From: Myxococcota bacterium
GTDB taxonomy: Bacteria > Myxococcota_A > UBA796 > CAJQPC01
DNA: 64,000 nt
Direction: 5' to 3'
Assembly: GCA_036012755.1 (NCBI GenBank)
Contig: DASCPX010000179.1
Coordinates: 113,198-177,197 of the forward strand
Notes under the pieces: generated by a model
Told to the model about the DNA's origin: nothing
What the model saw: only the letters and a program-made list of their open reading frames with translations
Databases searched by the model: none
Program-made: the position numbers and the translations under genes
In this document: positions 35,814-46,116 of the stretch, piece after piece
Layout of the letters: each line of letters begins with the position of its first letter
Numbering within the stretch: position 1 is the first letter of the stretch

Positions 35814-38036
35814 ATGATCCTGCTGTCCCTCGCGCTGGCTACCGACGTCGACCGGGCGCCCTATCTCCAGTCGACCTCGGACACATCCACCCACATCCTC
35901 TGGTGGACGGACGCGGAGAGCGAGGGCCAGGTGCTCTGGGGCGCGGAGGGCGGGGAGCTCGACCAGGTGGCGACGAGCACCTCGGGACTTGCGCACGACG
36001 TCGAGATCACGGGCCTCGATCCGGCCACGACCTACGACTACCAGGTCGAAGACGACGCGGGCCTGGTGCTGGGCGGGGGCAGCTTCACGACGAACCCGCC
36101 TGTCGGCGACCCGGCGACGATGCGCCTGTGGGTCATCGGCGACTCCGGCACGGGAATGCAGGCGCAGTTCGACGTCTACGAGACCTTCCGGAATGCCACC
36201 GCAGAAGACGTCCCGCTCGTGATGCTGCACGTCGGGGACATCGCCTACAACGACGGGACGCACGAGGAGTTCTCCGACAACTTCTTCGGCGTCTACGGGG
36301 ACTTCCTGGACTCGGCGACGGCCTGGCCGACCATCGGCAACCACGAGGCCTTCACCTCGAACTCAGAAGACCAGTCCGGTCCCTACTTCGAGGGCTTCGT
36401 CCTGCCGAGCTCGGGAGAGCTCGGTGGCGTCGCCAGCGGCACAGAGGCCTACTACTCCTTCGATCTCGCCAACGTACACGTCGTCGTGCTCGACTCGGCG
36501 GACACGGAGCGCACCGCCGATGGCGCGATGGCGCAGTGGCTGGAGCAGGACCTCGCCGCGACGACGCAGGACTGGGTCATCGCCACCTTCCACCATCCGC
36601 CGTACTCGAAGGGCACCCACGACTCCGACGAGCAGCAGCCACAGATCGCGATGCGCGAGAACCTGGTCCCAATACTGGAGGCCGGGGGAGTCGATCTGGT
36701 CCTCAACGGGCACAGCCACAACTACGAGCGCAGCTACCTGCTCGACGGCGCCTACGAGACGCCGACCACCGACGCGGGCATCCTGGATGCGGACGACGGC
36801 ACGCTCGGCGGACAAGGGCCCTATGAGAAGGCCGAGGGCATCACGGCGAACGCGGGCGCCGTCTACGTCGTGGCCGGGCACGGCGGCACCAACATCGGCG
36901 GACCGGGCGGACACCCGGTCATGTACGTCTCAGAGGTCGAGTGGGGCAGCGTGCTCGTCGACATCGACGACGACCACCTCACCCTGCGAAACCTGCGCGT
37001 GGACGGCGACTACACCGACGAGTTCACACTGGTCAAGGGCGACGACCTCCTGCTCCACGGCCCGGACGGAGAGGAGCCCCTCGACCCAGGCGAGATCTAC
37101 ACGATCGAGTGGACCGCCGTCGGCGAGCTCGAGAGCGTGGACGTCGAGTGGACCTGCGACGGGGAGACCTGGGAGGTGCTCGCAGAGGACGTCGCGGTGG
37201 ACGGCTCCTACGACTGGACGGTGCCCGAGTACGGCACGCGAAGGGCCCGAGTGCGGATCACGGCAGGCGACGAGGTCGACACGAGCGACGGCGCGGTCAG
37301 CATCGTGCGCACGTCCTCTGAGACCCTCGTCGAGATGGGCGCGACCTGGAAGTACTCCGACACCGACGGGGAGCTGGCCGAAGACTGGTACTCCAACACC
37401 TTCGACGACAGCGCCTGGGCCGAAGGAGCCGCGGAGTTGGGCTTCGGCGACGGGGACGAGGCCACGGAGCTGGCGGTCGGGCAGCCGACCTTCTACTTCC
37501 GCCACACCTTCTCGACCACGGACCCCATCGCCTCTACGAAGCTGACGGTGCTCTACGACGACGGCGCCGCCGTGTGGCTGAACGGGTCCATGTTGGTCCT
37601 GACCCCCAACATGGGCATCCTCGACTACCCGGACTTCACCAACTACACCGGCTCGGACAACAAGGTCCTGGAGTTCGATCTCCCAGGCAATGTCTACCGA
37701 AGCGGCGACAACGTCCTCGCCGTGATGGTCAAGCAGTCCGAGCCGGAGAGCAACGACCTGTCCTTCGATCTCTCGCTCGAGGTCGAGGTCTACGAGGACC
37801 TGCCGGAGTGCTGGGCCACGCCCATCGACACCGGCGGGGACAGCACCCCGGACAGCGAAGCCGACACAGAGGTCCCGATCGACTCAGAGGTCCCGGACGA
37901 CTCGGAAGCGCCCGAGGAGGAAGAAGAGGAAGAGGACGACCGCGAGCCCTACGACCCGGGGGGCTGCTGCAGGGGACCGACCCCCATCGCGCTGTTGCTG
38001 CTGCTGTTGGTACCCTTCTGGTCGAGGCGTCGATGA
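35814..38036 (+). CDS. Purple-acid-phosphatase-like metallophosphoesterase with FN3/Ig and beta-sandwich domains and MYXO-CTERM-like tail
   Basis: GDSG, GDIAY, GNHE, HHPPY, GHSHNYER. C-terminus GGCC..LLLLLL..RRR. Confidence 0.88.
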   Translation: MILLSLALATDVDRAPYLQSTSDTSTHILWWTDAESEGQVLWGAEGGELDQVATSTSGLAHDVEITGLDPATTYDYQVEDDAGLVLGGGSFTTNPPVGDPATMRLWVIGDSGTGMQAQFDVYETFRNATAEDVPLVMLHVGDIAYNDGTHEEFSDNFFGVYGDFLDSATAWPTIGNHEAFTSNSEDQSGPYFEGFVLPSSGELGGVASGTEAYYSFDLANVHVVVLDSADTERTADGAMAQWLEQDLAATTQDWVIATFHHPPYSKGTHDSDEQQPQIAMRENLVPILEAGGVDLVLNGHSHNYERSYLLDGAYETPTTDAGILDADDGTLGGQGPYEKAEGITANAGAVYVVAGHGGTNIGGPGGHPVMYVSEVEWGSVLVDIDDDHLTLRNLRVDGDYTDEFTLVKGDDLLLHGPDGEEPLDPGEIYTIEWTAVGELESVDVEWTCDGETWEVLAEDVAVDGSYDWTVPEYGTRRARVRITAGDEVDTSDGAVSIVRTSSETLVEMGATWKYSDTDGELAEDWYSNTFDDSAWAEGAAELGFGDGDEATELAVGQPTFYFRHTFSTTDPIASTKLTVLYDDGAAVWLNGSMLVLTPNMGILDYPDFTNYTGSDNKVLEFDLPGNVYRSGDNVLAVMVKQSEPESNDLSFDLSLEVEVYEDLPECWATPIDTGGDSTPDSEADTEVPIDSEVPDDSEAPEEEEEEEDDREPYDPGGCCRGPTPIALLLLLLVPFWSRRR

Positions 38037-38917
38037 TCCTCTCCCTGTTCGCCTGCACGGACCCCGGCGACACAGGGATCCCCGAGCCCCCCGACCCGGA
38101 GTTCGCCTTCTCGATCGCGGCCATCGCCGATCCCCACATCGCAGGCGGCGCTGACGCCCTGGAGCGCCTGGCTTCGACCGTGGCCTGGATCGACGAGCAC
38201 GCCGAGTCGCGCGGCATCGAGCTGGTCGTGGTGCTCGGTGACATCGGCTGGGGCGAGCCCCTGCAGGACGCTCACGACACCCTCGAGGAGCTCGACGTCC
38301 CCTACGTTCCCGTCATCGGCGACAACGAACCTCACGCCGGCTGGGGCGAGGGCTTCGATCAGATCTTCGCGGAGCAGCTGTTGGAGCTGGAAGAGCTCGG
38401 CGAGGACTGGACGCGCATGGACATCCCCGTCTGGGACCCAGAGGCCGAGGAGACCATCTGGCTCCAGAACTACGGCTTCACCTACCGGGGCATGAGGCTG
38501 GTGGTGCTGGACTGGGCGTCGCGCTCGGATGACACCGTCATCGGCGAGACCGGGGACCTGCACGACTTCGAAGGGGGCACCCTCGCCTTCCTCTCCGACG
38601 AGCTCTCCGATCTGCACGCGATGGCCGACGAGTCCGTCGTCATGGCCACCCACAACCCGATGTTCCTGATCCCCGGCGGCTTCGACATCGAGCAGTCCGA
38701 GACCGTCTACACGCTCACCTCGGCGGTCGAGGAGAAGGTGGCGATGAACCTCGCTGGTCACTTCCACGTGGACTACGAGGAGACCATCTACGACGGCGGC
38801 TACGAGCTCTACATCGTCGACGCGGTCTGGGACGACCTCAAGACCATCCGCCTCGTCGAGGTCTGGGACAACGGAGAGACCCTCAGCTACGAGCACGAGC
38901 TGGTGATCGTGCCCTGA
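38033..38917 (+). CDS. Calcineurin-like metallophosphoesterase lipoprotein
   Basis: MILSLFAC, ADPH, LGD, GDNE (in place of GNHE/D), THNP, GHFH. ATGA overlap with the upstream gene. Confidence 0.82.
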   Translation: MILSLFACTDPGDTGIPEPPDPEFAFSIAAIADPHIAGGADALERLASTVAWIDEHAESRGIELVVVLGDIGWGEPLQDAHDTLEELDVPYVPVIGDNEPHAGWGEGFDQIFAEQLLELEELGEDWTRMDIPVWDPEAEETIWLQNYGFTYRGMRLVVLDWASRSDDTVIGETGDLHDFEGGTLAFLSDELSDLHAMADESVVMATHNPMFLIPGGFDIEQSETVYTLTSAVEEKVAMNLAGHFHVDYEETIYDGGYELYIVDAVWDDLKTIRLVEVWDNGETLSYEHELVIVP

Positions 38918-39229
38918 TCAGTCCTGGAAGACCCCGACGAACCAGGTGCCCGCGGCGGTCACCAGCATGCCGAGGAAGACCAGCGCCATGACGACCCCCG
39001 CCACGTGGCTGAACGTCCAGACGGGCACGATGGCGAAGAGCGACACGAGGGTGCCGACGAGCGCGAAGGCCTGCACCCCCCGCCAGGCCTGTCGGATCTT
39101 CATCCTCTTGCGCTCGACGAGGTAGCCAGCGTCAGCCGGGTCATCGAGATCGATCGGCGAGGACATCGGGTGCTCCGCACAGCGGCCTCGCTCGACGGGT
39201 TTGCGGCAGACCTCGCAGACCCGGCTCAA
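38918..39229 (-). CDS. Small membrane protein with N-terminal CxxC..CxxH
   Basis: CEVC...CAEH followed by two TM helices. The TTG start overlaps the upstream stop. Confidence 0.6.
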   Translation of the reverse strand: MSRVCEVCRKPVERGRCAEHPMSSPIDLDDPADAGYLVERKRMKIRQAWRGVQAFALVGTLVSLFAIVPVWTFSHVAGVVMALVFLGMLVTAAGTWFVGVFQD

Positions 39230-40785
39230 TGATGGCCCTCTGTCTCCACTGTCAACAATGGAGCCACGAACAACAGCGCAGCAAGCCCCAGGTAGGCCCC
39301 GGCGAAGGGCCAGTTGGGCGTCAGGTGCAGGGCCGTGTCCCCGAGGGTCCACTGGTAGCTGTGGACCAGCCCGGTCACGCTGAGCGCTGCCGCCGCCAAG
39401 GCCCAGACAGAGGCCTTTCGGAACTCCCGCTCGATGATGTGGACCGTGATGGCCGCCAGGATCATCGCGGTGAAGATGAAGCCCTGCTCCAGGGCGAAGG
39501 CGCCGTCGATCCAGGTGTCAGAGGCCTTGAAGGCGTCGATGAGATCAGGGGTGAAGGGGGCATCAGGGGTGCCCAGGCCCGCAGCCCTGAGCGAGTTCTT
39601 GGCCACGATGGCGCCCCAGGCCGCCACGCCCGGCAACAGGCCGATGACCACCGCGGGGTGGTGGCTCTTGGGCACCGCCTGGGTCGCCTGGGCGGTGATG
39701 ACCACGCCGATCCAGATCACGATCGCCATTCCGGCGTCGATCGGGATGGCCCAGCTGATCCAGGCCAGGGTCCCGGAGAGCGCGACCACCGTGAAGGCGA
39801 CGCCGTTGAGGATCGAGTAGCCGGCGCGGGCGCCGAGGCCCTTCCAGCCGGGATGGCCGATGTAGATGGTCGTGGGGAAGCAGCTGCCGAACAGCGCGGC
39901 CACCAGCGTGCCGACGCCGTTGACGGCGAGCGACGGCGCGGTGGGGTAGCGGTCGCCCGCGGCCTCTGCGGACTCGATGTTCTGCAAGGAGCCGACGACG
40001 TTGAAGAGCCCCATCGGGATGATGACGCTGATGAAGGCCACGGCGTGCCCGCTGGAGAAGGCCTCGATCAGATCGCCGATGACCGGGACGGGCAGGTGGA
40101 GCCCGGCGCTGCCGGTAGGAGGCTCTCCGACCGGTGAGATGCCGATGATCCAGGCGATGAGGGTGCCGAGCGCCACCGCGACGAGGCCCCCGGGGATGCC
40201 GCCCTTGAACTTCACGCGGCCGAAGTAGACGAGCATCACGACTCCCAGGGTCGTGAGCCCGACGATGGGCCGGGCGAAGGTGCGCAGGAGGAAGCCCAGG
40301 GAGATGAAGGTCAGGGCGATGCCGGCCAAGGTGGCCAACAGCGCCGCCCGTGGGGTGATCTGGCGGAGCTTCTCTGCGAAGAAGGAGCCCCCGAGCTCGA
40401 TGAGCCCGCTGCCGAAGCAGGCCACCAGGCCCGCCTGCCACGCGACCTGGGCGGGATCCGCGGCGCCTGCCGCCTCCGCGACGAACTTGGCGGGCAGCAT
40501 CACGAGGAAGACGTGGGCAAACAGCGAGACCGTGTTGATGCCGTAGGGCAGCGCGCAGACGTCGGTCCGACCCTCTCGATCGGCGAGCTTCTTGGCCTGC
40601 CAGGCGTAGTAGAGGTTGCCGACGAGCAGCGACACGGCGCAGCCCGGCAGGACCTTGCCGTAGACGAGCTCGGCGTCGAAGCCCAGCACGAACCGACACA
40701 AAGCGTCGATGAGCAGGAGCTGAACCAGGTTGTCGAGCGCGAGCCCGAAGAACCCGTCGATGTCTCCACGAACGAACCACTTCAT
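39226..40785 (-). CDS. NCS2-family (nucleobase-type) permease
   Basis: GDIDGFFGL..DNLVQ, ALPYGINT, PRAALL..LAG, QNIESAEAAGD, TTIYIGHPGWK..GAR.GYS. Confidence 0.88.
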   Translation of the reverse strand: MKWFVRGDIDGFFGLALDNLVQLLLIDALCRFVLGFDAELVYGKVLPGCAVSLLVGNLYYAWQAKKLADREGRTDVCALPYGINTVSLFAHVFLVMLPAKFVAEAAGAADPAQVAWQAGLVACFGSGLIELGGSFFAEKLRQITPRAALLATLAGIALTFISLGFLLRTFARPIVGLTTLGVVMLVYFGRVKFKGGIPGGLVAVALGTLIAWIIGISPVGEPPTGSAGLHLPVPVIGDLIEAFSSGHAVAFISVIIPMGLFNVVGSLQNIESAEAAGDRYPTAPSLAVNGVGTLVAALFGSCFPTTIYIGHPGWKGLGARAGYSILNGVAFTVVALSGTLAWISWAIPIDAGMAIVIWIGVVITAQATQAVPKSHHPAVVIGLLPGVAAWGAIVAKNSLRAAGLGTPDAPFTPDLIDAFKASDTWIDGAFALEQGFIFTAMILAAITVHIIEREFRKASVWALAAAALSVTGLVHSYQWTLGDTALHLTPNWPFAGAYLGLAALLFVAPLLTVETEGHH

Positions 40786-40857
40786 GCGGGCGGATATACC
40801 GCACGCGATGTTGCTGCTGTCCGCTGGTCGCCGCGAGTGAGGGTCCGCAGCGTCTGA

Positions 40858-41274
40858 TCAGTTGGAGTGCAGCTCCACCAACAGCCCCTCGTCGGCGACC
40901 ACCGCGAAGCCGCCTCTCCAGCGGATGTTCTCGAAGGCGGTCGTGGAGTAGGTCGCGCCATCGACGGACCCGGTGATCCCCAGCGCCCGCGCGAGCTCCT
41001 CGTCGGGATGGACCGTAGCGGTGCCCGTGCTGTCACCGAGCACGGAGAGATCCACCTCGTCTGCAGGGAACCAGGCCAGAAGCACCAGGTCGGTCGGGCC
41101 GAGGCCCACCGTGCCCTTCGCTCGAGCGACCCAGCGGACCGTGTCGTAGCCCTCTGGGACCGCGATGTGCCGCTCCAGCGAGGCGCGGTCTTCTCGAACC
41201 TCCACCGTCTCCTCCTTCGGCGTCTCGACCTCGGGTGTGCCCCCGCAGGCCAGGCTCACAACGAGCCAGTTCAT
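40858..41274 (-). CDS. Small lipoprotein, candidate immunity protein
   Basis: MNWLVVSLAC. It is translationally coupled (ATGA) to the 41271-42467 gene. The immunity role is inference. Confidence 0.6.
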   Translation of the reverse strand: MNWLVVSLACGGTPEVETPKEETVEVREDRASLERHIAVPEGYDTVRWVARAKGTVGLGPTDLVLLAWFPADEVDLSVLGDSTGTATVHPDEELARALGITGSVDGATYSTTAFENIRWRGGFAVVADEGLLVELHSN

Positions 41275-42467
41275 CGCGCGGCCGGACGCTGCCTTGCGTC
41301 ACCGGGACGCGAGGTCCGACCACCCTCGCTGGTGGTCGGCGCCCCCGGCGAGGTCGTGGTCACCGGGTCCATCGTCGCCTCGAACTTCACGTCGCGGGTC
41401 ATCTTCGCCGTGGACTTGAACTCCTGGCCCAGGCCGGTGATCTCGAAGCGACCGTTGGCCGAGTCCGGAGTGCCGGTGGCGAGGTCCGCTGCGCCGGGGT
41501 TGAAGTTGTACATGTCCTCTGCGTGGATCGTGAGCTTCACCTCGAAGCGACGACCGTAGGTGATCTGTGTGTCCCCCGCTGGGGTGCACATGGGCGGTCC
41601 GCCAGGCAGCACGCCCGGCGGATCGACTCGGCTGGCCTCGTAGACCTCGACCGTGACGTCCATCTCCATCCAGATCGTGTGCCCGCCGATGGCCTTCTGC
41701 CAGTTCTCGGTGCTCGGGTAGGGATAGCGGCCGTCACTGCCGACACCGACGGCCCCCGTGCGCATGCGGAAGCTCGTCTTGCCCGCAGTCGGCGGCTTGC
41801 CCCCGAGGAGCTGGTCGTGCTTCTGGGTAGCCGCGAGCTGGGCGTCCTCGACCGCAGAGGCCACCACGGTCTGGCCGCTGGAGTCGTCCTCGACGAAGCG
41901 CTCGTAGTCGAAGGGGCGCGTGGCACCGCCGCCGAAGAGGAAGTGGCGATAGGTCGCGCAGGCATCGACGAGGTCCGGTCGCAGCAGCTCGGCGGCTTCG
42001 AGCTTGGCCACCCACTTGAGCTTCTCGAGGCGGTCACCCCAGGTGGGGTCCTCGCGCTTGGACTCGTCGATGTTGCCGCTGCCGTCGTCGAGGTGACCGT
42101 GATCGTGCTTGATCTCGGGTGCCTTGTCGTCGTGATCGATGAAGGTGGCGCGCTGGGACCCGGGGCCGCCGTTGCCCTCGTCCTTGTCCCGCTCGTCGTG
42201 CTTCTTGCGCACCGCGGCCTTTCCAGCCGAGGCCTTGTCCCGGACCTTCGTGTTGGCCCCTCCCACCTTGTTCCTGGCCCCGGTGTTGGCGCCGGAGACC
42301 TTGTCCCGGACCGCGCTGTTGCCGTAGGCCATGACCCCGAGACCACCAGCGCCCAGCGCCGCGAGCGCCGCCTGGTTGCCCCCGACCTGGCCCAGGAGCT
42401 GTCGCTCGTCCGTGCCGAGACCCGCCTCGCCCGGGGCGTCCTTCGTCCGTTCTTGAGACTTGCCCAT
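41271..42467 (-). CDS. Hypothetical protein, candidate secreted effector/toxin
   Basis: Low-complexity N-terminus with GNQA/GNSA motifs and no Sec signal. Globular domain with YRHFL.G.G, YP.TENWQKAIGGH, EDMYNFNPG. Confidence 0.65.
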   Translation of the reverse strand: MGKSQERTKDAPGEAGLGTDERQLLGQVGGNQAALAALGAGGLGVMAYGNSAVRDKVSGANTGARNKVGGANTKVRDKASAGKAAVRKKHDERDKDEGNGGPGSQRATFIDHDDKAPEIKHDHGHLDDGSGNIDESKREDPTWGDRLEKLKWVAKLEAAELLRPDLVDACATYRHFLFGGGATRPFDYERFVEDDSSGQTVVASAVEDAQLAATQKHDQLLGGKPPTAGKTSFRMRTGAVGVGSDGRYPYPSTENWQKAIGGHTIWMEMDVTVEVYEASRVDPPGVLPGGPPMCTPAGDTQITYGRRFEVKLTIHAEDMYNFNPGAADLATGTPDSANGRFEITGLGQEFKSTAKMTRDVKFEATMDPVTTTSPGAPTTSEGGRTSRPGDARQRPAAR

Positions 42468-42546
42468 CGGCGCAGTCTATCCGCTGGATTGCAGGAAGCG
42501 CGGTGTCATCTGCGATGATCCCCACGCCGCCTTCAGGAGCAGCACC

Positions 42547-43809
42547 TTGAAACCCCGTTCGCCGGTCTTCGTCGTCGGGGGGGCCCACACCGCCTTCCTC
42601 GGTCGAGGACGTCCGGAGTTCATCGACCGCAAGCACCCGGACTACGGCGAGCGGACGAACCCCGGACTCGAGGAGCACATGGCCGAGGCCGTGCAGCGCT
42701 GTCTCGAGGTCACCAAAGTGGACCCGCGCGAGATCGACCGCGGTGTGGTCAGCAACTTCCTGGGCGAGCTCTTCTGCAGCCAGGGCCACCTCGGCTCGAT
42801 GCTGGCTCGCGTCGAGCCGGCCCTGGAGGGTCGCCCCCTCGAGCGCGTCGAGGCCGCCTGCGCCAGCGGAGCAGCGTCCATCGCCCGAGCCATCGACGGG
42901 CTGCAGTGCTCGGACGACGTCACCCTGGTCGTCGGAGTCGAGATCGAGACCAACGTGCCCGGCACCCAGGGCGTCGAGTACATGGCGGCTGCGGCCCACT
43001 ACCGCGAGGAGAGCAAGCTCGACTTCGCGCTGTTCCCCTGGATGTTCGCAAGGCGCGCGAAGGCATACAAGGAGCGCTTCGGCTGCACCCACGAGGACCT
43101 CGCACGGGTCCCGGTCAAGGCCTACACCAACGCCAACCTCAACCCCCTGGCGCTCAACCACGAGGTGTCCATCACCTACGAAGAGGCATCCACCGTCGGC
43201 CGCCACAACCGCGAGTTCCTCGAGGACGAGGAGCTCCGCGAGCACATCCGCGTCCTGGACTGCACGGCCCTGACCGACGGCGCGAGCGCCGTGATCCTGG
43301 CAACCGAGGAGGGCCTCTGGCGCATGGGGCTGCCGATCGAGGACTGCACCGAGATCCTCGGCTACGGCCACAGCACGCGCGCCCTGGGGCGATCCACGGA
43401 CTTCAGCCAGATGAGGAACATGCGCGACGCCGCCTGGCGCGCCTACGCCGACGCCGGCATCGGACCTAAAGACGTCCAGCTCGCAGAGGTCCACGACTGC
43501 TTCGCCGTCGCCGAGCTCCAGTGCATGGAGGCCCTGGGCCTCGCCGAGCGAGGCCGCGCCTGGCAGAAGCTCGCCGATGGCGACACACAGATCTCCGGTC
43601 GCATCCCCGTGAACCCTGGCGGCGGGCTCATCGGCTTCGGTCACCCCGTCGGCGCCACCGGCGTGAAACAGGTCGTCGAGGTCTGGCGTCAGATGACCAA
43701 CAAGTGCGGCGCCTACCAGGTCCCCGGCGAGCCCCGCTACGCCGTCACTGCCAACCTCGGCGGCGACGACCGCACCAGCATCGTGATGCTGCACGGACGC
43801 ACGGACTAG
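42547..43809 (+). CDS. Thiolase, SCP2/HDCF type (acetyl-CoA acyltransferase)
   Basis: VEAACASG, DGASA, AEVHDCF, NPGGGL..GHPVGATG. AGGAG lies before TTG 42547. Confidence 0.9.
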   Translation: MKPRSPVFVVGGAHTAFLGRGRPEFIDRKHPDYGERTNPGLEEHMAEAVQRCLEVTKVDPREIDRGVVSNFLGELFCSQGHLGSMLARVEPALEGRPLERVEAACASGAASIARAIDGLQCSDDVTLVVGVEIETNVPGTQGVEYMAAAAHYREESKLDFALFPWMFARRAKAYKERFGCTHEDLARVPVKAYTNANLNPLALNHEVSITYEEASTVGRHNREFLEDEELREHIRVLDCTALTDGASAVILATEEGLWRMGLPIEDCTEILGYGHSTRALGRSTDFSQMRNMRDAAWRAYADAGIGPKDVQLAEVHDCFAVAELQCMEALGLAERGRAWQKLADGDTQISGRIPVNPGGGLIGFGHPVGATGVKQVVEVWRQMTNKCGAYQVPGEPRYAVTANLGGDDRTSIVMLHGRTD

Positions 43810-43815
43810 GACCAG

Positions 43816-46116
43816 GTGCGCCGACTCGTCTGGGTTGCCGCCGTCCTGGGCGGCTTCGGAGCGGTGGCGGCAGAGGTCGTGTTCACGCGGCGGATGTCCC
43901 TCCTCTTCGGCGTCACGGCCCCGGCCGCTGCGACCGTCGTCGCGGTCTACATGGGCGGCATGGCGCTGGGTTCGGGCTTCGGGGGGCGACTCGCCGACAC
44001 CCGCCGAGCGGCCTTCGTATATGCCGGAGCCGAGTGCTTCGGCCTGCTCTGGTGCTTGCTGTTCCTGCCCCTGGCCGGGCTCTTCGAGGGCTTCGGCTGG
44101 GGCCTCGTGTCCGCGGGCACCGCTCTGTTGGTCGGGCCTGCAGCCTTCGCCAGCGGCATGGCCTTCCCGGCCCTGTCCCGGGCCCTGGGCAAGGAAGGCG
44201 AGGTCCGCAGACTGCTGGCCGCGAACACCCTCGGCGCCGCCTGCGGGGCCCTCGCCGCCGGGCTCTGGCTGCCCTCGCTGATCGGCTTCTCCCTGACGCT
44301 GGGGCTCGCCGCTGCCTGCCTGGGACTCGCGGCGCTGTGCGTGCTCGTCGGGGTGAGCGCGAGCAGTTCGGTGGAGACGCTGCCCGAACCCGTCGACCCG
44401 GTCACCGGTGGCCAGGCAGCCCTGGCCTACGGGGCGCTCGCCGCCCTGGGCATGATGGCCGAGATCGGCTGGACCCGGCTGCTCGAGCAGACAGGCCCCA
44501 ACCCCGGCGCCCTGACCTTCCCCCTCGTACTGGCCGCCTACCTCGTGGGCCTGGGGCTCGGCGGTCTGTTCCTCGAGCCACGCCTCCGGCGACGCGGAGA
44601 GCGCCCTGCCCTCGCGGCCTGCGCGGCGCTGGCAGCCCTGTCGACCGCGGCGGCCCTGGCCACCCTGCGCTTCATCCCGAGCGAGGTCCTCGTCGGTCAC
44701 TACGTCGGACTCGGGCCAGGAAACACCTGGGTCTTCGCCATGACCGGGCTGCAGGTCAGCGCAGACCGGCTGGCCATCTACCTCCTGGCCGCCATGCTCC
44801 CCGGAGTCGCCAGCGGAGCGGCCTTCCCCATCGTCGCCAGCGCCGTGATGCGGGCTCGAGCTGGCCTCGGCCGCGGGGTCGGACAGGCCTGGGCCGCCGG
44901 CACGGTCGCGGCGGTGCTCGCGGTCCTGTGGATGGGCTTCCTGCCTGCCGGGGGCACGATCCGCAGCCTCGCCGTGTGCGCCTGCTGCGTGGCCATCGTC
45001 GCGGCCGTGTTGGGGCGCGGCTACCTGCGCGTCGCCCCGCTGCTCGTGCTCCCGGTGCTCCTCGTGCCCCCCTGGGCCGGCCTCCAGCTGCAGCCGCGAG
45101 AAGAGGTGCAGAGCTGGGTCGAGACCGCCGCCGGCACCTCCGCGCTCACTCGCACCACACCCCGTGGAAGGGCTGGCGACCACAGAGGGGCCTGGTGGGT
45201 CCACACCCACGGCGAGCGCGTCCCCGGCTTTCCGCTGGAGCTGGAGATCCCGCTGGTCCTCCACCCGGAGCCCTCGCGTGTCCTCCTCATCGCCTTCGGC
45301 ACGGGGATCAACACGAAGCTCATGCTCGAGGACAGCGCCGTGGACGACCTCTCCGTCGCGGACATCGACCCGGCCCTCCCCGGACTCGCCGCGGGTCTGC
45401 CCTTCATCGGAGGGGACGTCTTCGCCACGAACCGGGCGAGCTTCTTCCACGCCGACGGGCGCCACCTGCTAGAGGCCTCCCCGGCGCTCTACGACGTCGT
45501 CTACAGCGACGTCGCCACCTACGCCCAGTACGTCGAGCTGGGCACCGTCGAGTTCTTTTCGCTCGTCCGCAGGCGCCTCGCACCCGGGGGGGTCTTCGCG
45601 CTGAAGATCCACGCAGACACGCTGTCCGAGCCGGGCATGCGGCGCTTCCTCGCCACCTTGTGCGAGGTCTTCCCAGAGGCCCTGCTCTTCGACACCCACG
45701 GGGCGATGCCGGTGGTCGTGGGCTTCACGAGCGCGCCTCGGCTGGAGGAGGTCGAGGCCCGCCTGGAGGAGGCGGAGGGCACCTACCGCCCGGGTCTCCG
45801 CGAGCGTGTCTTCGGGGTCCAGGTCGCGCCGGCGGCCGAGCTCGCGGGAGGGCTCCCCGGCACCGACGACAAGCCGATGGCCTTGCGAGAAGCGCTGTTC
45901 GGCCCGGTCAGCGAAGAGAGCATCGAGCGCTCGGCCCTACAAGCGCTGGCTGCTGAGTTCGACGAGCACGGCGAGCCTGCTGGTTCCTTGCTCTTCGGCA
46001 TCGAAGGCCTCGCCTCGCCAGAGGGGCGTCCCAGGCCGCCTCAGGTGCCTGCACGGCGCCCCGGGTGGTTCGAGCGGGGGCCATCAGCTCGTGAGGAAGT
46101 CGACGACCAACCGTGA
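43816..46116 (+). CDS. Fused membrane domain/spermidine-synthase-like SAM-binding protein
   Basis: AEVVFTRR.SLLFG, ANTLGA, EIGWTRLL, then RVLLIAFGTG, DID, DGRH.L, YDVVYSD, EFF...LAPGG. Confidence 0.8.
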   Translation: MRRLVWVAAVLGGFGAVAAEVVFTRRMSLLFGVTAPAAATVVAVYMGGMALGSGFGGRLADTRRAAFVYAGAECFGLLWCLLFLPLAGLFEGFGWGLVSAGTALLVGPAAFASGMAFPALSRALGKEGEVRRLLAANTLGAACGALAAGLWLPSLIGFSLTLGLAAACLGLAALCVLVGVSASSSVETLPEPVDPVTGGQAALAYGALAALGMMAEIGWTRLLEQTGPNPGALTFPLVLAAYLVGLGLGGLFLEPRLRRRGERPALAACAALAALSTAAALATLRFIPSEVLVGHYVGLGPGNTWVFAMTGLQVSADRLAIYLLAAMLPGVASGAAFPIVASAVMRARAGLGRGVGQAWAAGTVAAVLAVLWMGFLPAGGTIRSLAVCACCVAIVAAVLGRGYLRVAPLLVLPVLLVPPWAGLQLQPREEVQSWVETAAGTSALTRTTPRGRAGDHRGAWWVHTHGERVPGFPLELEIPLVLHPEPSRVLLIAFGTGINTKLMLEDSAVDDLSVADIDPALPGLAAGLPFIGGDVFATNRASFFHADGRHLLEASPALYDVVYSDVATYAQYVELGTVEFFSLVRRRLAPGGVFALKIHADTLSEPGMRRFLATLCEVFPEALLFDTHGAMPVVVGFTSAPRLEEVEARLEEAEGTYRPGLRERVFGVQVAPAAELAGGLPGTDDKPMALREALFGPVSEESIERSALQALAAEFDEHGEPAGSLLFGIEGLASPEGRPRPPQVPARRPGWFERGPSAREEVDDQP

